The position numbers and the translations under genes were made by a program. From contig JBGSWE010000009.1 of the NCBI GenBank assembly GCA_041752595.1, positions 1-48,870 of the forward strand: 48,870 bases of DNA, read 5' to 3'. Source of the DNA: Candidatus Saccharimonadales bacterium. GTDB taxonomy: Bacteria; Patescibacteriota; Saccharimonadia; Saccharimonadales; JACDBH01. The notes under the pieces are model-generated. The model worked only from the letters and a program-made list of their open reading frames with translations. It ran no database searches and was not told the DNA's origin. Below are positions 8,931 to 20,355 of this stretch, piece after piece; within the stretch, counting starts at the first letter, position 1, and each line of letters opens with the position of its first letter.

Positions 8931-10052
8931 CTGGACATTTTACCAAGAAATCAACCAAGTAAAACTACTGCAAGCAAAACGTTGCAGACTAAGCCTATCA
9001 TGAAAATGAGTGGAAATTTGAACACCTCTAGACCGGCAAGGCGTAAACGTATATTAAAGAAAAAACTGGTCCGTTATTCGTTAGTTGTGTTTAACTTGGC
9101 AGTAATTGCCTCGGTTTCATATTTGGCATTTAACTATACAGATAACCAAGCAACTAGCTATGGGTTTAGTAATACTATGGCAGAAGAAACCTCTAACCCT
9201 CTAGATTCACTATCTGCTGCAGAGGTTGCTGTAAACATTGCAAAATTAACAGGTTTACCACAAGAACTTGCTGTAACTAACCAAGCAGATACAATCGACC
9301 TATATCTAAAGGCAGCAATAAATGAAGGAGAATTTGTAACTAAAGGCCAAATACTTAGTGCAAGCATCAAAAGTAAACAGGACATTATCGAACATGCAGT
9401 CTCTCAAGACGAAACCGTATCAATTCTTGCGACAAAATACGGCGTTACATCCGATAGTATCAAATGGTCAAATGGGCTCTCTCAGGACGCTTTAGAAGTT
9501 GGTGCAAAGTTATCGATTCCTCCTGTAAATGGTTTTGTGTACATTGTAGGAGTTGGCGATACGCCAGAAAAATTAGCAGAATCATATAGCGCTAATGCAG
9601 ATGCCATAATTGCTTTTAATGATGCAGAGCTCGGTGGTTTAAAGGTTGGTGATAAGATTGTTATTCCAAACGGCACCAAACAACGAATTCCAGCCTTTTT
9701 AAGATACAAAGCTAACTATGGTCAAAATGGTTATTGGCGAGGTTATTGTACTTGGTATGTTGCATCAAAGATTAATGTTCCAAATAACTGGGGCAACGCA
9801 AATACTTGGGATAATTTTGCTAAGGTATCTCCAGGCTGGACTGTAAGCTCTGCCCCAGTAGTAGGAGCTATAGCTCAAAGCAATTCAGGAGCCGAAGGAC
9901 ACGTAGCAATTGTTGAAGCCGTTAGTGAAGATGGTTCAATGATTAAATATTCAGACATGAATGGTTTAGCAGGTTGGGGAGTAGAAGGCCGAACTGCTGA
10001 ATGGGTACCCGCACGTAGAAGCTTTCAAAACTTTATAATTAGAGTAAACTAG
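8931..10052 (+). CDS. Membrane-anchored 2xLysM + CHAP peptidoglycan hydrolase, paralog 1 (start CTG 8931 proposed; ATG 9000 is the alternative)
   Basis: Basic N-terminus plus TM; two LysM repeats; CHAP motifs GYCTWYV, WGNANTW, GHVAIVE. Confidence 0.88.
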   Translation: MDILPRNQPSKTTASKTLQTKPIMKMSGNLNTSRPARRKRILKKKLVRYSLVVFNLAVIASVSYLAFNYTDNQATSYGFSNTMAEETSNPLDSLSAAEVAVNIAKLTGLPQELAVTNQADTIDLYLKAAINEGEFVTKGQILSASIKSKQDIIEHAVSQDETVSILATKYGVTSDSIKWSNGLSQDALEVGAKLSIPPVNGFVYIVGVGDTPEKLAESYSANADAIIAFNDAELGGLKVGDKIVIPNGTKQRIPAFLRYKANYGQNGYWRGYCTWYVASKINVPNNWGNANTWDNFAKVSPGWTVSSAPVVGAIAQSNSGAEGHVAIVEAVSEDGSMIKYSDMNGLAGWGVEGRTAEWVPARRSFQNFIIRVN

Positions 10053-10085
10053 AATGATCAACAGGGGTAGGGTGGTTTAATAAAA

Positions 10086-10114
10086 TTGACAAAACCATTG
10101 TAATTTGGTACTAT
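10086..10114 (+). promoter_or_regulatory. sigma70 promoter of the second LysM-CHAP gene
   Basis: TTGACA-17 nt-TACTAT with TG-G extended -10. Confidence 0.75.
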
Positions 10115-10207
10115 CTAACAGCAAAATAACTACATTGTTCTTAAAATGTTTATATTTTGCAAAAGATATTTGAATAATCGAATGAATTATCATTCAGGGA
10201 GCAAGCT

Positions 10208-11335
10208 ATCCGTAGTCTACCCCCGGTAACTGAGCAACTTTCTGTAGTATCTAGCTCAGCCAAATCTACTCGCAACAAACTTCTTCGATCAAGTTCGAAG
10301 TATGCAAACCGAAATCGTAAGCGGTTAGTCCGCTACAGTTTACTAGCTGGCAACATAGCTATAGTTGTTCTTGCTATTGTTTTAGTTATAAATCATTCTA
10401 ACAGTACAAATTCAGCTAATTTTAGCGCTCTAAATACCGCCAATGAAACCAAGGACTCTAATCCATTAGATACCATCTCTTCTGCTGATATAGCAGCAAA
10501 CGTTGCTATAATGGCACGCCTACCTGTAACTGGGTTAATTATTAACGAAGCAGACTCTGTTAGCGCAGATTTAAATGATCCTGTTAGTATTCAAGATGCT
10601 GTATTAAAGCCTCAAATACTTAGCTCTGATATCAAAACCAAGGAAGATATTCTTGAACACTCAGTAGTAAATGGAGATACACTAGCGAGTCTTGCAGTAC
10701 TTTATGGAGTAACGTCTGATAGTATCAAATGGTCAAATAATCTTACTGCAAATAATTTAAAAGCAGGAACGACACTAGTTGTTCCACCTATTAACGGTAT
10801 TGCGTATAGTGTTAAATCTGGTGATACCGCAGATACTTTAGGTAAAAAGTATAACGTACCGGCTGAGCAAATTACTCAATTTAATGATGCAGAACTAGTT
10901 GGGTTGGTGGCTGGTGAAAGAATAGTTATACCCGGTGGAACCGTTAAAGTTGTTGTAGCGCCGAGAAGTAGCACTCCATACTATGCAAATTTTGCTTTTG
11001 GTAACTCAGCAGTATACGGCTATAACGGATATGTGCCGGGCTATTGCACTTGGTATGTAGCAAATAAACGCATTCAAATAGGTAGACCATTACCGGCTAA
11101 TCTCGGAAACGCTGCAACTTGGGACAATTATGCTCCTCAAGGTTGGGATCGATCTCCTCGTGCCGGAGACGCTGTAGTGACCGCAGAGCGCGGTGCGGGC
11201 CACGTTGCGTTTGTTGAACAGGTCAATGAGGACGGAAGTGTCCTAGTGTCTGAAATGAATAGAAGACGTCGTTACGAAGTTACTACTCGTGTATTCAGTC
11301 CAGCTGAAGCCGCAACCTATAAGTATATTCATTAA
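10208..11335 (+). CDS. Membrane-anchored 2xLysM + CHAP peptidoglycan hydrolase, paralog 2 (proposed ATC start)
   Basis: Frame is open from 10178. The part upstream of ATG 10511 encodes RKRLVRYSLLAGNIAIVVLAIVLVI and SNPLDTISSADIAANVA, homologous to paralog 1. CHAP motifs GYCTWYV, LGNAATW, GHVAFVE, SEMN. Confidence 0.88.
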   Translation: MRSLPPVTEQLSVVSSSAKSTRNKLLRSSSKYANRNRKRLVRYSLLAGNIAIVVLAIVLVINHSNSTNSANFSALNTANETKDSNPLDTISSADIAANVAIMARLPVTGLIINEADSVSADLNDPVSIQDAVLKPQILSSDIKTKEDILEHSVVNGDTLASLAVLYGVTSDSIKWSNNLTANNLKAGTTLVVPPINGIAYSVKSGDTADTLGKKYNVPAEQITQFNDAELVGLVAGERIVIPGGTVKVVVAPRSSTPYYANFAFGNSAVYGYNGYVPGYCTWYVANKRIQIGRPLPANLGNAATWDNYAPQGWDRSPRAGDAVVTAERGAGHVAFVEQVNEDGSVLVSEMNRRRRYEVTTRVFSPAEAATYKYIH

Positions 11336-11371
11336 TCTACCTCTATTAAAATATGATAAATTGTGGTATAA

Positions 11372-12655
<1,284 letters not shown>

Positions 12656-12699
12656 GTTTTTGATACTGTTTTTTATTTGGTGGTACACTACGTTTACTA

Positions 12700-14139
12700 A
12701 TGCAAAACACAATATATTTTTATGATTTAGAGACTAGCGGAATTAACGCTAGGTCGTCGCGAATAATGCAGTTCGCAGGACAGCGTACTGATATGCAGCT
12801 AAACCCTATTGGTGAGCCGGATAACATTCTTGTTAAACTATCTGATGATATTTTGCCTGAGCCTGATGCGATACTAATAACTGGTATAACCCCTCAAAAG
12901 GTTAATTCTGAAGGAGTCAGTGAAGTAGAATTTTTACGATACTTTCATAACGAGATCGCTACGCCTGGCACCGTTTTCACGGGTTTTAATAACGTAAGGT
13001 TTGACGACGAGTTTATTCGTTTTTGTAATTATCGAAATTTCTACGATGCATATGAATGGTCGTGGAAAGATAGTAGAGGGCGCTGGGATATTTTAGATGT
13101 AGTACGTATGACTAGAGCACTAAGGCCAGATGGTATTGAATGGCCATTTGATTCTAGCGGTAAGCCAAGTAATCGATTGCAGTTTATAACCGATGTTAAC
13201 AAGCTGGAGCATAGTAACGCACACGATGCATTAAGTGATGTCCGGGCAACTATTGCCGTGACACGAATGATATACAACAAACAATACAAGTTATTTAACT
13301 ACCTTATTAATATGCGTGATAAAAAAGCAGTTGATAAACTTGTTAGTACTCAAAAACCTTTTGTTTACACAAGCGGTAAATATCCTAGTGCTTACGAAAA
13401 AACTACAGTTGCGGTTAGTCTTGGAGAACACCCGGGTAAACAAGGAGTACTTGTTTATGATCTTAGACACGATCCGTTAGTATTTGCGGATATGTCACCA
13501 GCTGAACTTGTAGTTGAATGGCAGAAAAAAGTAGAAGACGAAACTAAACGTTTTCCTGTTAAAACACTTCAGCTTAATCGTTGTCCCGCTGTTGCCCCAA
13601 TTTCAGTATTAGATGAAAATAGTAAAAAACGAATATCAATTGACATAGAGCAAATTAATACAAATTTTAAAAAACTACAGCTATCAAACAACCTATACCA
13701 AAACTTATTATCTGCAATAAAAATTATGGACAATAAAAAGCAGACTAGTTTAGTAACAGATGAGTTTCAGGTGGACTCACAACTTTACGACGGGTTTTTT
13801 AATGAACAGGATAAAACAGCCATGTCAGTTGTAAGAGCTGCAGAAAAGTCCGAAATAGAATCTTTGGAAATTACTTTTAATGATGAAAGACTTAATAAGT
13901 TACTGCCATTATATAAGGCTAGAAACTTCAAAGATACCTTATCATCTGACGAAAGAGAGAAATGGGAAGCATATAGAACTAGGAAGCTAATTGGTGGAGG
14001 AATGAATAGTTCAGCCCAACGATACTTTAGTAGATTAGGTGAACTTGCAGAACGTAAAGGATTAAAACCCGAAGAAAGATACCTATTAGAGGAGTTGCAA
14101 CTTTATGGACAGAGTATCTTGCCGATTACTGAAAATTAA
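12700..14139 (+). CDS. sbcB: Exodeoxyribonuclease I
   Basis: YDLETSG, QFAGQRTD, GFNNVRFDDEF, AHDALSDVRATI, NRCP. Confidence 0.95.
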   Translation: MQNTIYFYDLETSGINARSSRIMQFAGQRTDMQLNPIGEPDNILVKLSDDILPEPDAILITGITPQKVNSEGVSEVEFLRYFHNEIATPGTVFTGFNNVRFDDEFIRFCNYRNFYDAYEWSWKDSRGRWDILDVVRMTRALRPDGIEWPFDSSGKPSNRLQFITDVNKLEHSNAHDALSDVRATIAVTRMIYNKQYKLFNYLINMRDKKAVDKLVSTQKPFVYTSGKYPSAYEKTTVAVSLGEHPGKQGVLVYDLRHDPLVFADMSPAELVVEWQKKVEDETKRFPVKTLQLNRCPAVAPISVLDENSKKRISIDIEQINTNFKKLQLSNNLYQNLLSAIKIMDNKKQTSLVTDEFQVDSQLYDGFFNEQDKTAMSVVRAAEKSEIESLEITFNDERLNKLLPLYKARNFKDTLSSDEREKWEAYRTRKLIGGGMNSSAQRYFSRLGELAERKGLKPEERYLLEELQLYGQSILPITEN

Positions 14140-14312
14140 ATAGAAATCATAGAAAGCAGTGCCTGTTGGGCAAGATGGCGCATAGTTTTTGTTCTTACAT
14201 ACCAGTAACAGCCAAAAATTAATACTACAAATACAACCATTAACAAATAGTTAGCAAAATTAAGTTGTATTGAAGTTCCCGGGACATAACCTAGGACGAT
14301 AAACTGTAACAT
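14136..14312 (-). CDS. Small single-TM protein (58 aa), absent from the ORF track
   Basis: MLQFIVLGYVPGTSIQLNFANYLLMVVFVVLIFGCYWYVRTKTMRHLAQQALLSMISI; GGTGG upstream; stop overlaps the sbcB stop. Confidence 0.65.
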   Translation of the reverse strand: MLQFIVLGYVPGTSIQLNFANYLLMVVFVVLIFGCYWYVRTKTMRHLAQQALLSMISI

Positions 14313-14385
14313 AAAGAACCACCAAATTAATTGAGCTAATTATATACCATTATAGTTGAATAAACAAATAGATTGTATAAATAGC

Positions 14386-14805
14386 TTATGCTTTTTTACG
14401 CTTAAAAAAGTTAGAAAATTTGTCAATTCGATCACGATTGAATACAAACAAAAATATACTGCCATAAATTAACAAGGCGCCAATTGCATCAACTAATCTG
14501 TTATTGTTTTCTCTAATTAAGAAAATACCAATAATGGTAAAAACTACGGATAGTAAGTCATAGGTATGTCTAAGCCATTTCTTATCAGGGAAAAGATATT
14601 TTTTATATGAAATTCCTTTATGTTTTACCGATTCTAGCCAACTTTCCGCCCAGTCATGGTTTACCGCTAGTAGAGCTATACCGATTAATAGTAACGGTAT
14701 TCCCCCAGGCCCAGGTAGCCACCCAAATAATATTACTCCAATAAAACAAAACACAGCTAGTGTATCAAAGAGTATTATTTTGCCGTATTTTTTTAGTTTA
14801 TTCAT
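14386..14805 (-). CDS. Membrane protein with PGPG(W)-type motif
   Basis: GWLPGPGGIPLLLIGIALLA..HDWA; 4 TM; TG-A-TATAAT 8 nt upstream of ATG. Confidence 0.75.
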   Translation of the reverse strand: MNKLKKYGKIILFDTLAVFCFIGVILFGWLPGPGGIPLLLIGIALLAVNHDWAESWLESVKHKGISYKKYLFPDKKWLRHTYDLLSVVFTIIGIFLIRENNNRLVDAIGALLIYGSIFLFVFNRDRIDKFSNFFKRKKA

Positions 14806-14903
14806 TCCTGCGCATTATATCAGTACTATATGACTTGTAATTTACTAAAAAAATGTTTTTACATTCTTTTATATATCTGTTAAAATGCTAAAAAAGGAGC
14901 AAT

Positions 14904-15770
14904 ATGTCGGTAAAAGAAAATCGTCATGAGCCTTATCAAGGTTATCCTGCTGTTGGTGCAGTGCATCCTGTCATTGCTAACAGAGAACTTAGAGAGCGCT
15001 TGACGCAAATTGCTAATATCGCAGATGATATTTTCGACCACACACCGACTGAAGACGATATATTATCCTGGAATAATCCTATAGAAATTGAAGGCTTAAG
15101 CAACCCTGTGCACTTTGATCAAGAAGGAGAATCTGACCTTCCCGGACACGAAGAATTAGAAGAAGATGATACTGAAAGTACATTTGCCCAAGTATATAAT
15201 CCCACAGCTCATTATAGGATGTTTGATGCTCAGACATTAGGTCTCAGCGTCTTTCCTATGGAAGTTTCAGCAGCTATTGCAAATAGAGCACGAGCCGTTT
15301 GGAAAAAAAATGATCTTGGTCAGCTTACAAAAGAAATAATAGATCGAACGCAGCGTTATTCTCTTAGCTCTGCACTGACTATAGTGAGTGACGGATTAGT
15401 TCTTTCGGGTGGTAAACTACCGGTAGTACCACATCTACCTATTCGCTCTATGCTCGCATTTAATGTTAGCCCGGCACACTATGATGAATCTTTAGAGTGC
15501 ATATTTGAGGAGCACGAGATAGTAAAATCAGCGACCTTACGCAGAATGAAAAAAAGACCGCTTGATGTTAGGGGTATCCCACAAGATCCGATTTCAGCCT
15601 TCATACCTCATATTCCATTCATGGCATACAAGCGTGGTGCAATTCCGGCAGAAATTGCTAAGGTAAATGAAAAGATCCAAGAGCTTATGCACGATGATCC
15701 GATAGTAATGCACCTTGGAGAACTCACTACAGAACGCAGCCGTTTAGTAAGTAAGGTACGTAAGGGCTAG
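14904..15770 (+). CDS. Hypothetical protein (288 aa)
   Basis: AAGGAG RBS; TTTACA-17-TAAAAT promoter upstream; no firm family. Confidence 0.75.
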   Translation: MSVKENRHEPYQGYPAVGAVHPVIANRELRERLTQIANIADDIFDHTPTEDDILSWNNPIEIEGLSNPVHFDQEGESDLPGHEELEEDDTESTFAQVYNPTAHYRMFDAQTLGLSVFPMEVSAAIANRARAVWKKNDLGQLTKEIIDRTQRYSLSSALTIVSDGLVLSGGKLPVVPHLPIRSMLAFNVSPAHYDESLECIFEEHEIVKSATLRRMKKRPLDVRGIPQDPISAFIPHIPFMAYKRGAIPAEIAKVNEKIQELMHDDPIVMHLGELTTERSRLVSKVRKG

Positions 15771-15819
15771 AAAAAAACTCATTTTTAAGGTATAATCCCT
15801 CCGTCCAAGGAGGATTTTT

Positions 15820-18636
15820 GTGACTGAATTTATTGAAATTAGAGGTGCTAGAGAACATAACCTAAAAAATGTTAATTTAAGCATTCCTAGAGAAAAATTA
15901 ATTGTTATTACTGGACTAAGTGGTTCCGGTAAATCTTCTTTAGCCTTTGACACAATTTATGCCGAAGGACAAAGACGCTACGTAGAAAGTCTGAGTTCAT
16001 ATGCTCGGCAGTTTTTGGGCATTATGGAAAAACCAGATGTAGATCAAATAGATGGATTAAGTCCGGCTATATCGATCGATCAGAAGTCAACGAGTCGTAA
16101 TCCACGCAGTACGGTAGCTACTGTTACAGAAATTTATGATTATCTACGTTTACTTTATGCTCGAATTGGAATTCCTCATTGCCCAGTATGTAGTAAAGCA
16201 GTAACTCGTCAAACAACCCAAAATATCATCGATCAAATAACTAAACTACCAGAAAGTGCAAAAATAATTGTTTTGGCACCGGTTGTGTTAGATAAAAAAG
16301 GAGCCTTCGAGCACATACCCGAGCAGTTTATGCGCTTAGGTTTTGCGCGTGCGCGTGTAGATAATGTTATTTATGCATTAGACGAGTTTCCGGTACTTGA
16401 TAAAAATTATAAACACACAATAGAAATTGTTGTCGACAGGTTAGTTAACGACGAGGCAAGTAGAAGTAGATTGGCTCAAAGCGTAGAGGCTGCATTAGAT
16501 TTAGCAGATGGCAAACTTAAACTACACCATGCCGATACTAATCTCGATACAGTCTACTCATTGCAGTATGCTTGCGTTGATCATCCCGATGTTGCAATAC
16601 CCGAACTAGAACCTAGAACATTTAGTTTTAATAGCCCTCATGGTGCTTGTCCTGTCTGTACTGGCCTAGGTAATAGGTTAGAAGTAGACCCTGATCTAGT
16701 TATACCAAACGGTCGTTTAACGATTGCCGAGGGTGCGATAAGACCTTACAACAGAATTAATGTTGATGCATGGTATATGAAGAAAATGCAAACAGTTGCA
16801 GATTCTTATGGATTTTCATTACACGTTCCTACTGGTGAGCTCAAGCCCGATCAACTTGAAAAACTTTTATACGGAACAGGTTCACAAAAATATCATGTAT
16901 CACTAGGAAGTGGTAGAGGTTTTGAGACAACGTACGAAGGTGTTATTCCAAATCTTGAGAGGCGTCATAAAGAAACAGAAAGCGACTTTATTAGGCGTGA
17001 TATAGAAAGATTCATGCAAGAAAGGCCTTGTGCAGTCTGTAAGGGCAGGAGATTAAAGCCTGAAGTTTTAGCTGTAACAATTAACAAACTATCTATAATG
17101 GATATTTGTGAATTATCCATTGACGATGCAGTAGAGCTTTTTGACACAATTAGATTAAATGATAAAGAAAAACACATCGCAGAACAGGTTTTTAAAGAAA
17201 TTAGCGCTAGGCTTAAATTCATGCAGGATGTCGGGTTAAACTACCTAAACCTTGCAAGAAGTGCTGTAAGTCTAAGTGGCGGAGAGGCGCAAAGAATTCG
17301 TCTCGCCACACAAATTGGTTCGGGGCTAATGGGCGTTCTCTATGTGTTGGATGAGCCATCAATTGGTCTTCACCAGCGTGATAACGAGAGATTAATCAAA
17401 ACCCTAATAAGACTAAGGGATTTAGGCAACACAGTTATAGTTGTTGAACATGACGAAGATACTATTCGCACTGCAGATTACTTAATTGATATAGGGCCTG
17501 GTGCTGGAATACATGGTGGTGAAATTGTTGCAACCGGTATTCCAAGTGAGGTTGCAAAAGTTAAAGGCAGTATAACTGGGCAATATTTGCGTGGAGAAGA
17601 ATCCATCCCAATACCCAAAAAACGTAGAAAAGGTAACGGAAAATCACTTGTTATTAAGGGCGCTCGAGAAAATAATCTAAAAAATATTGATGCTGAAATT
17701 CCTCTGGGTCGGCTGGTTGTAATTAGTGGAGTTAGTGGCTCTGGAAAATCTAGTCTTGTAAATGATATTCTAGCAAAAGAGTTGCAAGCTCGTTTGATGC
17801 GCGCAAATTTAGTTCCTGGTCGTCACGATGAGATACAAGGTATCAAAGAACTAGATAAAGTAATTGTTATTGATCAATCACCGATTGGTAGAACTCCTCG
17901 TTCTAATCCCGCAACCTATACAGGTTTGTTTACGCCGATTCGCGAACTATTTGCAAGCACACCAGAAGCTAAGATAAGAGGCTATAAGGCTGGTCGGTTC
18001 AGTTTTAATGTCAAAGGCGGACGCTGCGAAAACTGCTCTGGTGATGGAATAATAAAGATAGAAATGCACTTTTTGCCCGATGTTTATGTAGCCTGCGAAG
18101 TATGTCACGGTAAAAGATATAATCGTGAAGCTTTAGAAATACATTACAAAGGCAAAACAATTAGTGATGTACTTCAAATGACCGTAGAACAAGGTTTGGA
18201 GTTTTTTGAAAATATGCCAACGATTGCTAGAAAATTACAAACATTAGTTGATGTTGGGCTGGGATACATAGGATTAGGACAGCCAGCAACTACTTTATCT
18301 GGTGGAGAGGCGCAGCGTATTAAGCTTGCAACAGAACTCTCTAGGCGCGCAACTGGACGCACACTATATATTTTAGATGAACCAACAACTGGGTTACATA
18401 TGGCAGACGTCAAAAAGTTATTAGAAGTATTGCAAGCCCTTGTTGACACAGGAAATTCAATGGTTGTAATAGAGCACAATCTTGATGTGATTAAATCTGC
18501 AGATTGGCTTATTGATATGGGCCCAGAAGGTGGAGACAAGGGTGGAAACGTTGTCGGAGTAGGGACACCTGAAGATATAGCTAAAATTAATACTAGCTAC
18601 ACGGGTCAATTTCTTAAGAAAATGCTAAAAAAATGA
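15820..18636 (+). CDS. uvrA: Excinuclease ABC subunit A
   Basis: GAREHNLKN, two Walker A motifs ([18 protein letters not shown]), Zn fingers, two [12 protein letters not shown] start with AGGAGG. Confidence 0.98.
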   Translation: MTEFIEIRGAREHNLKNVNLSIPREKLIVITGLSGSGKSSLAFDTIYAEGQRRYVESLSSYARQFLGIMEKPDVDQIDGLSPAISIDQKSTSRNPRSTVATVTEIYDYLRLLYARIGIPHCPVCSKAVTRQTTQNIIDQITKLPESAKIIVLAPVVLDKKGAFEHIPEQFMRLGFARARVDNVIYALDEFPVLDKNYKHTIEIVVDRLVNDEASRSRLAQSVEAALDLADGKLKLHHADTNLDTVYSLQYACVDHPDVAIPELEPRTFSFNSPHGACPVCTGLGNRLEVDPDLVIPNGRLTIAEGAIRPYNRINVDAWYMKKMQTVADSYGFSLHVPTGELKPDQLEKLLYGTGSQKYHVSLGSGRGFETTYEGVIPNLERRHKETESDFIRRDIERFMQERPCAVCKGRRLKPEVLAVTINKLSIMDICELSIDDAVELFDTIRLNDKEKHIAEQVFKEISARLKFMQDVGLNYLNLARSAVSLSGGEAQRIRLATQIGSGLMGVLYVLDEPSIGLHQRDNERLIKTLIRLRDLGNTVIVVEHDEDTIRTADYLIDIGPGAGIHGGEIVATGIPSEVAKVKGSITGQYLRGEESIPIPKKRRKGNGKSLVIKGARENNLKNIDAEIPLGRLVVISGVSGSGKSSLVNDILAKELQARLMRANLVPGRHDEIQGIKELDKVIVIDQSPIGRTPRSNPATYTGLFTPIRELFASTPEAKIRGYKAGRFSFNVKGGRCENCSGDGIIKIEMHFLPDVYVACEVCHGKRYNREALEIHYKGKTISDVLQMTVEQGLEFFENMPTIARKLQTLVDVGLGYIGLGQPATTLSGGEAQRIKLATELSRRATGRTLYILDEPTTGLHMADVKKLLEVLQALVDTGNSMVVIEHNLDVIKSADWLIDMGPEGGDKGGNVVGVGTPEDIAKINTSYTGQFLKKMLKK

Positions 18637-18923
18637 AAGCCGCCTACAGGCGAACAAACGAGATATGGGGTCAAGCAATGCCAGAGTTTATAGACTACTT
18701 GCATAAAGACGCAAAGTTTCTTGAAGCAGTTCAAGAGATGATAGCAGGAGAAGTTGAACAAAAAAACATAGAACAATCAACGACTACCGCAAGGTTAGCA
18801 TATGAAGCAACTATAGATATCGACTTTGACGAGGCGAGATTTCAACAAGAAGTAGAGGAAGCTAAAGCGTATTTGTTAGATCCAAATCAATCCGCTAGTT
18901 TTTATATTGAACGCTTTAGTTAG
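18633..18923 (+). CDS. Hypothetical acidic protein (96 aa)
   Basis: ATGA overlap with the uvrA stop; ends overlapping the dedA stop. Confidence 0.6.
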   Translation: MKAAYRRTNEIWGQAMPEFIDYLHKDAKFLEAVQEMIAGEVEQKNIEQSTTTARLAYEATIDIDFDEARFQQEVEEAKAYLLDPNQSASFYIERFS

Positions 18924-19576
18924 CGACGCCGCTTCATTGATAGCCTTGTAAAAATAAAATACCCGCAGGCAATAACTATTACAACTATCACAATGTACTG
19001 CAGAAATTTTACATATTTTTCAACCAATTGCCACTGCTCACCCAATAAGTAACCAGCAAAAATAAGTGTACTGTTCCATATTAAACTACCGGCAGCAGTA
19101 TATATTATGAATATTTTTATTGGCATTTTTTCGATTCCAGCAGGAATAGAAATTAGACTACGAACTACAGGAATCATACGCCCAAAAAATACAGCTTTAT
19201 TTTCATGTTTAGTAAACCAATTCTCAGCTTTGTCTATGTCACTGATTTTCATTAGGGGTATTTTTGTAGCAAAGTGGCGTATGCGATCGCGCCCCAACAA
19301 ATTACCTAAATAATATAAAACTATAGCTCCAACAATAGAGCCAATAGTAGTCCATATAATTACCTCAAATAAACCAAGCGTACCCTGACTAGCTGTAAAA
19401 CCAGCTAAAGGCAATATTATTTCACTAGGTAGTGGTGGAAATATATTTTCAATTGCAATTAGTAAAGCAGCGCCAGGCCCTCCTAGTGTTTCCATTACAT
19501 TAACCGACCAATCTGCGATGCGCTGAGTAATAGAAGTGCTAGCAAATATTGCAGCATTATCAAAAAGTGACAACAT
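18920..19576 (-). CDS. dedA: DedA family membrane protein
   Basis: ENIFPPLPSEIILPLAGF, FFGRMIPVVRSLISIPAG; start at ATG 19576 because the longer start overlaps rplY. Confidence 0.93.
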   Translation of the reverse strand: MLSLFDNAAIFASTSITQRIADWSVNVMETLGGPGAALLIAIENIFPPLPSEIILPLAGFTASQGTLGLFEVIIWTTIGSIVGAIVLYYLGNLLGRDRIRHFATKIPLMKISDIDKAENWFTKHENKAVFFGRMIPVVRSLISIPAGIEKMPIKIFIIYTAAGSLIWNSTLIFAGYLLGEQWQLVEKYVKFLQYIVIVVIVIACGYFIFTRLSMKRRR

Positions 19577-19635
19577 ATAGAGCAGTTTACTACAATCTGT
19601 TATACTAATGATACTGTAAACGAAAAGAGGAAACC

Positions 19636-20301
19636 ATGAGCAGCGATACAATCACGCTGAAACTGACTGAACGCAAAGAATTAGGTAAGGCTGTTAAGGC
19701 TCTTCGCCGAGACGGAGTAATACCAGCTAACATTTATGAACGAGGCAAAGATTCAGTTGCCGTAAGCGCGTCATTCATAGAAATAACTAAAGTATATAAT
19801 GCCGCAGGCAAGCATCACCCAGTAGAACTAAATGTAGACGGCAAGCAACATTTAGCTATGATCAAAGATGTTGATATAGACCCAGTAAAAAATACAATTC
19901 GTCACGTAGCATTTCATGCTGTAAATAAAAACGAAACAGTTGAAGCTGAAGTTCCAGTCAAAATCGACGGAGACATTCCTGCAGAAAGAATTAGCTTATT
20001 GGTTTTACAAAACCTAGATACTGTTATTGTTGAAGCTCTACCGGGTAATCTACCGGATGAACTATTGATAGATGGCAATAAGCTTGCAAAAGATGGAGAC
20101 AAGGTTACTGTTGCAGATATCATAGTTCCTAAAAACGTCGTAATTCTAACCGATCCCGAAACTATGGTTGCTGATGTTCAGACACCTCGTGATCAAATAG
20201 CTGAAGCAGATGCAGCATTAGAAGAAAATAGTTCACCAGATCAAGTTGAGTCAGAGAATGGAACTAGCGAATCTGCAGCTAGCGAGCCTACAAAAGAATA
20301 A
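19636..20301 (+). CDS. rplY: 50S ribosomal protein L25/Ctc, long form
   Basis: LRRDGVIPANIY, HVAFH, EVPV, ALPGNLP, acidic tail; GAGG RBS. Confidence 0.95.
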   Translation: MSSDTITLKLTERKELGKAVKALRRDGVIPANIYERGKDSVAVSASFIEITKVYNAAGKHHPVELNVDGKQHLAMIKDVDIDPVKNTIRHVAFHAVNKNETVEAEVPVKIDGDIPAERISLLVLQNLDTVIVEALPGNLPDELLIDGNKLAKDGDKVTVADIIVPKNVVILTDPETMVADVQTPRDQIAEADAALEENSSPDQVESENGTSESAASEPTKE

Positions 20302-20314
20302 TTATATTCAAGTT

Positions 20315-20355
20315 TAAATTATAAAACCCGGTTTATTGCCGGGTTTTATAATTTA
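20315..20355. terminator. Bidirectional intrinsic terminator
   Basis: Perfect 17-bp inverted repeat TAAATTATAAAACCCGG / CCGGGTTTTATAATTTA with a 7-nt loop, between convergent genes. Confidence 0.9.

Noticed and set aside
10178..10510. Pseudogene or truncated start for LysM-CHAP paralog 2
   Set aside because: The frame is uninterrupted, keeps the TM and conserved motifs, and has a promoter and SD; a non-canonical start fits better.
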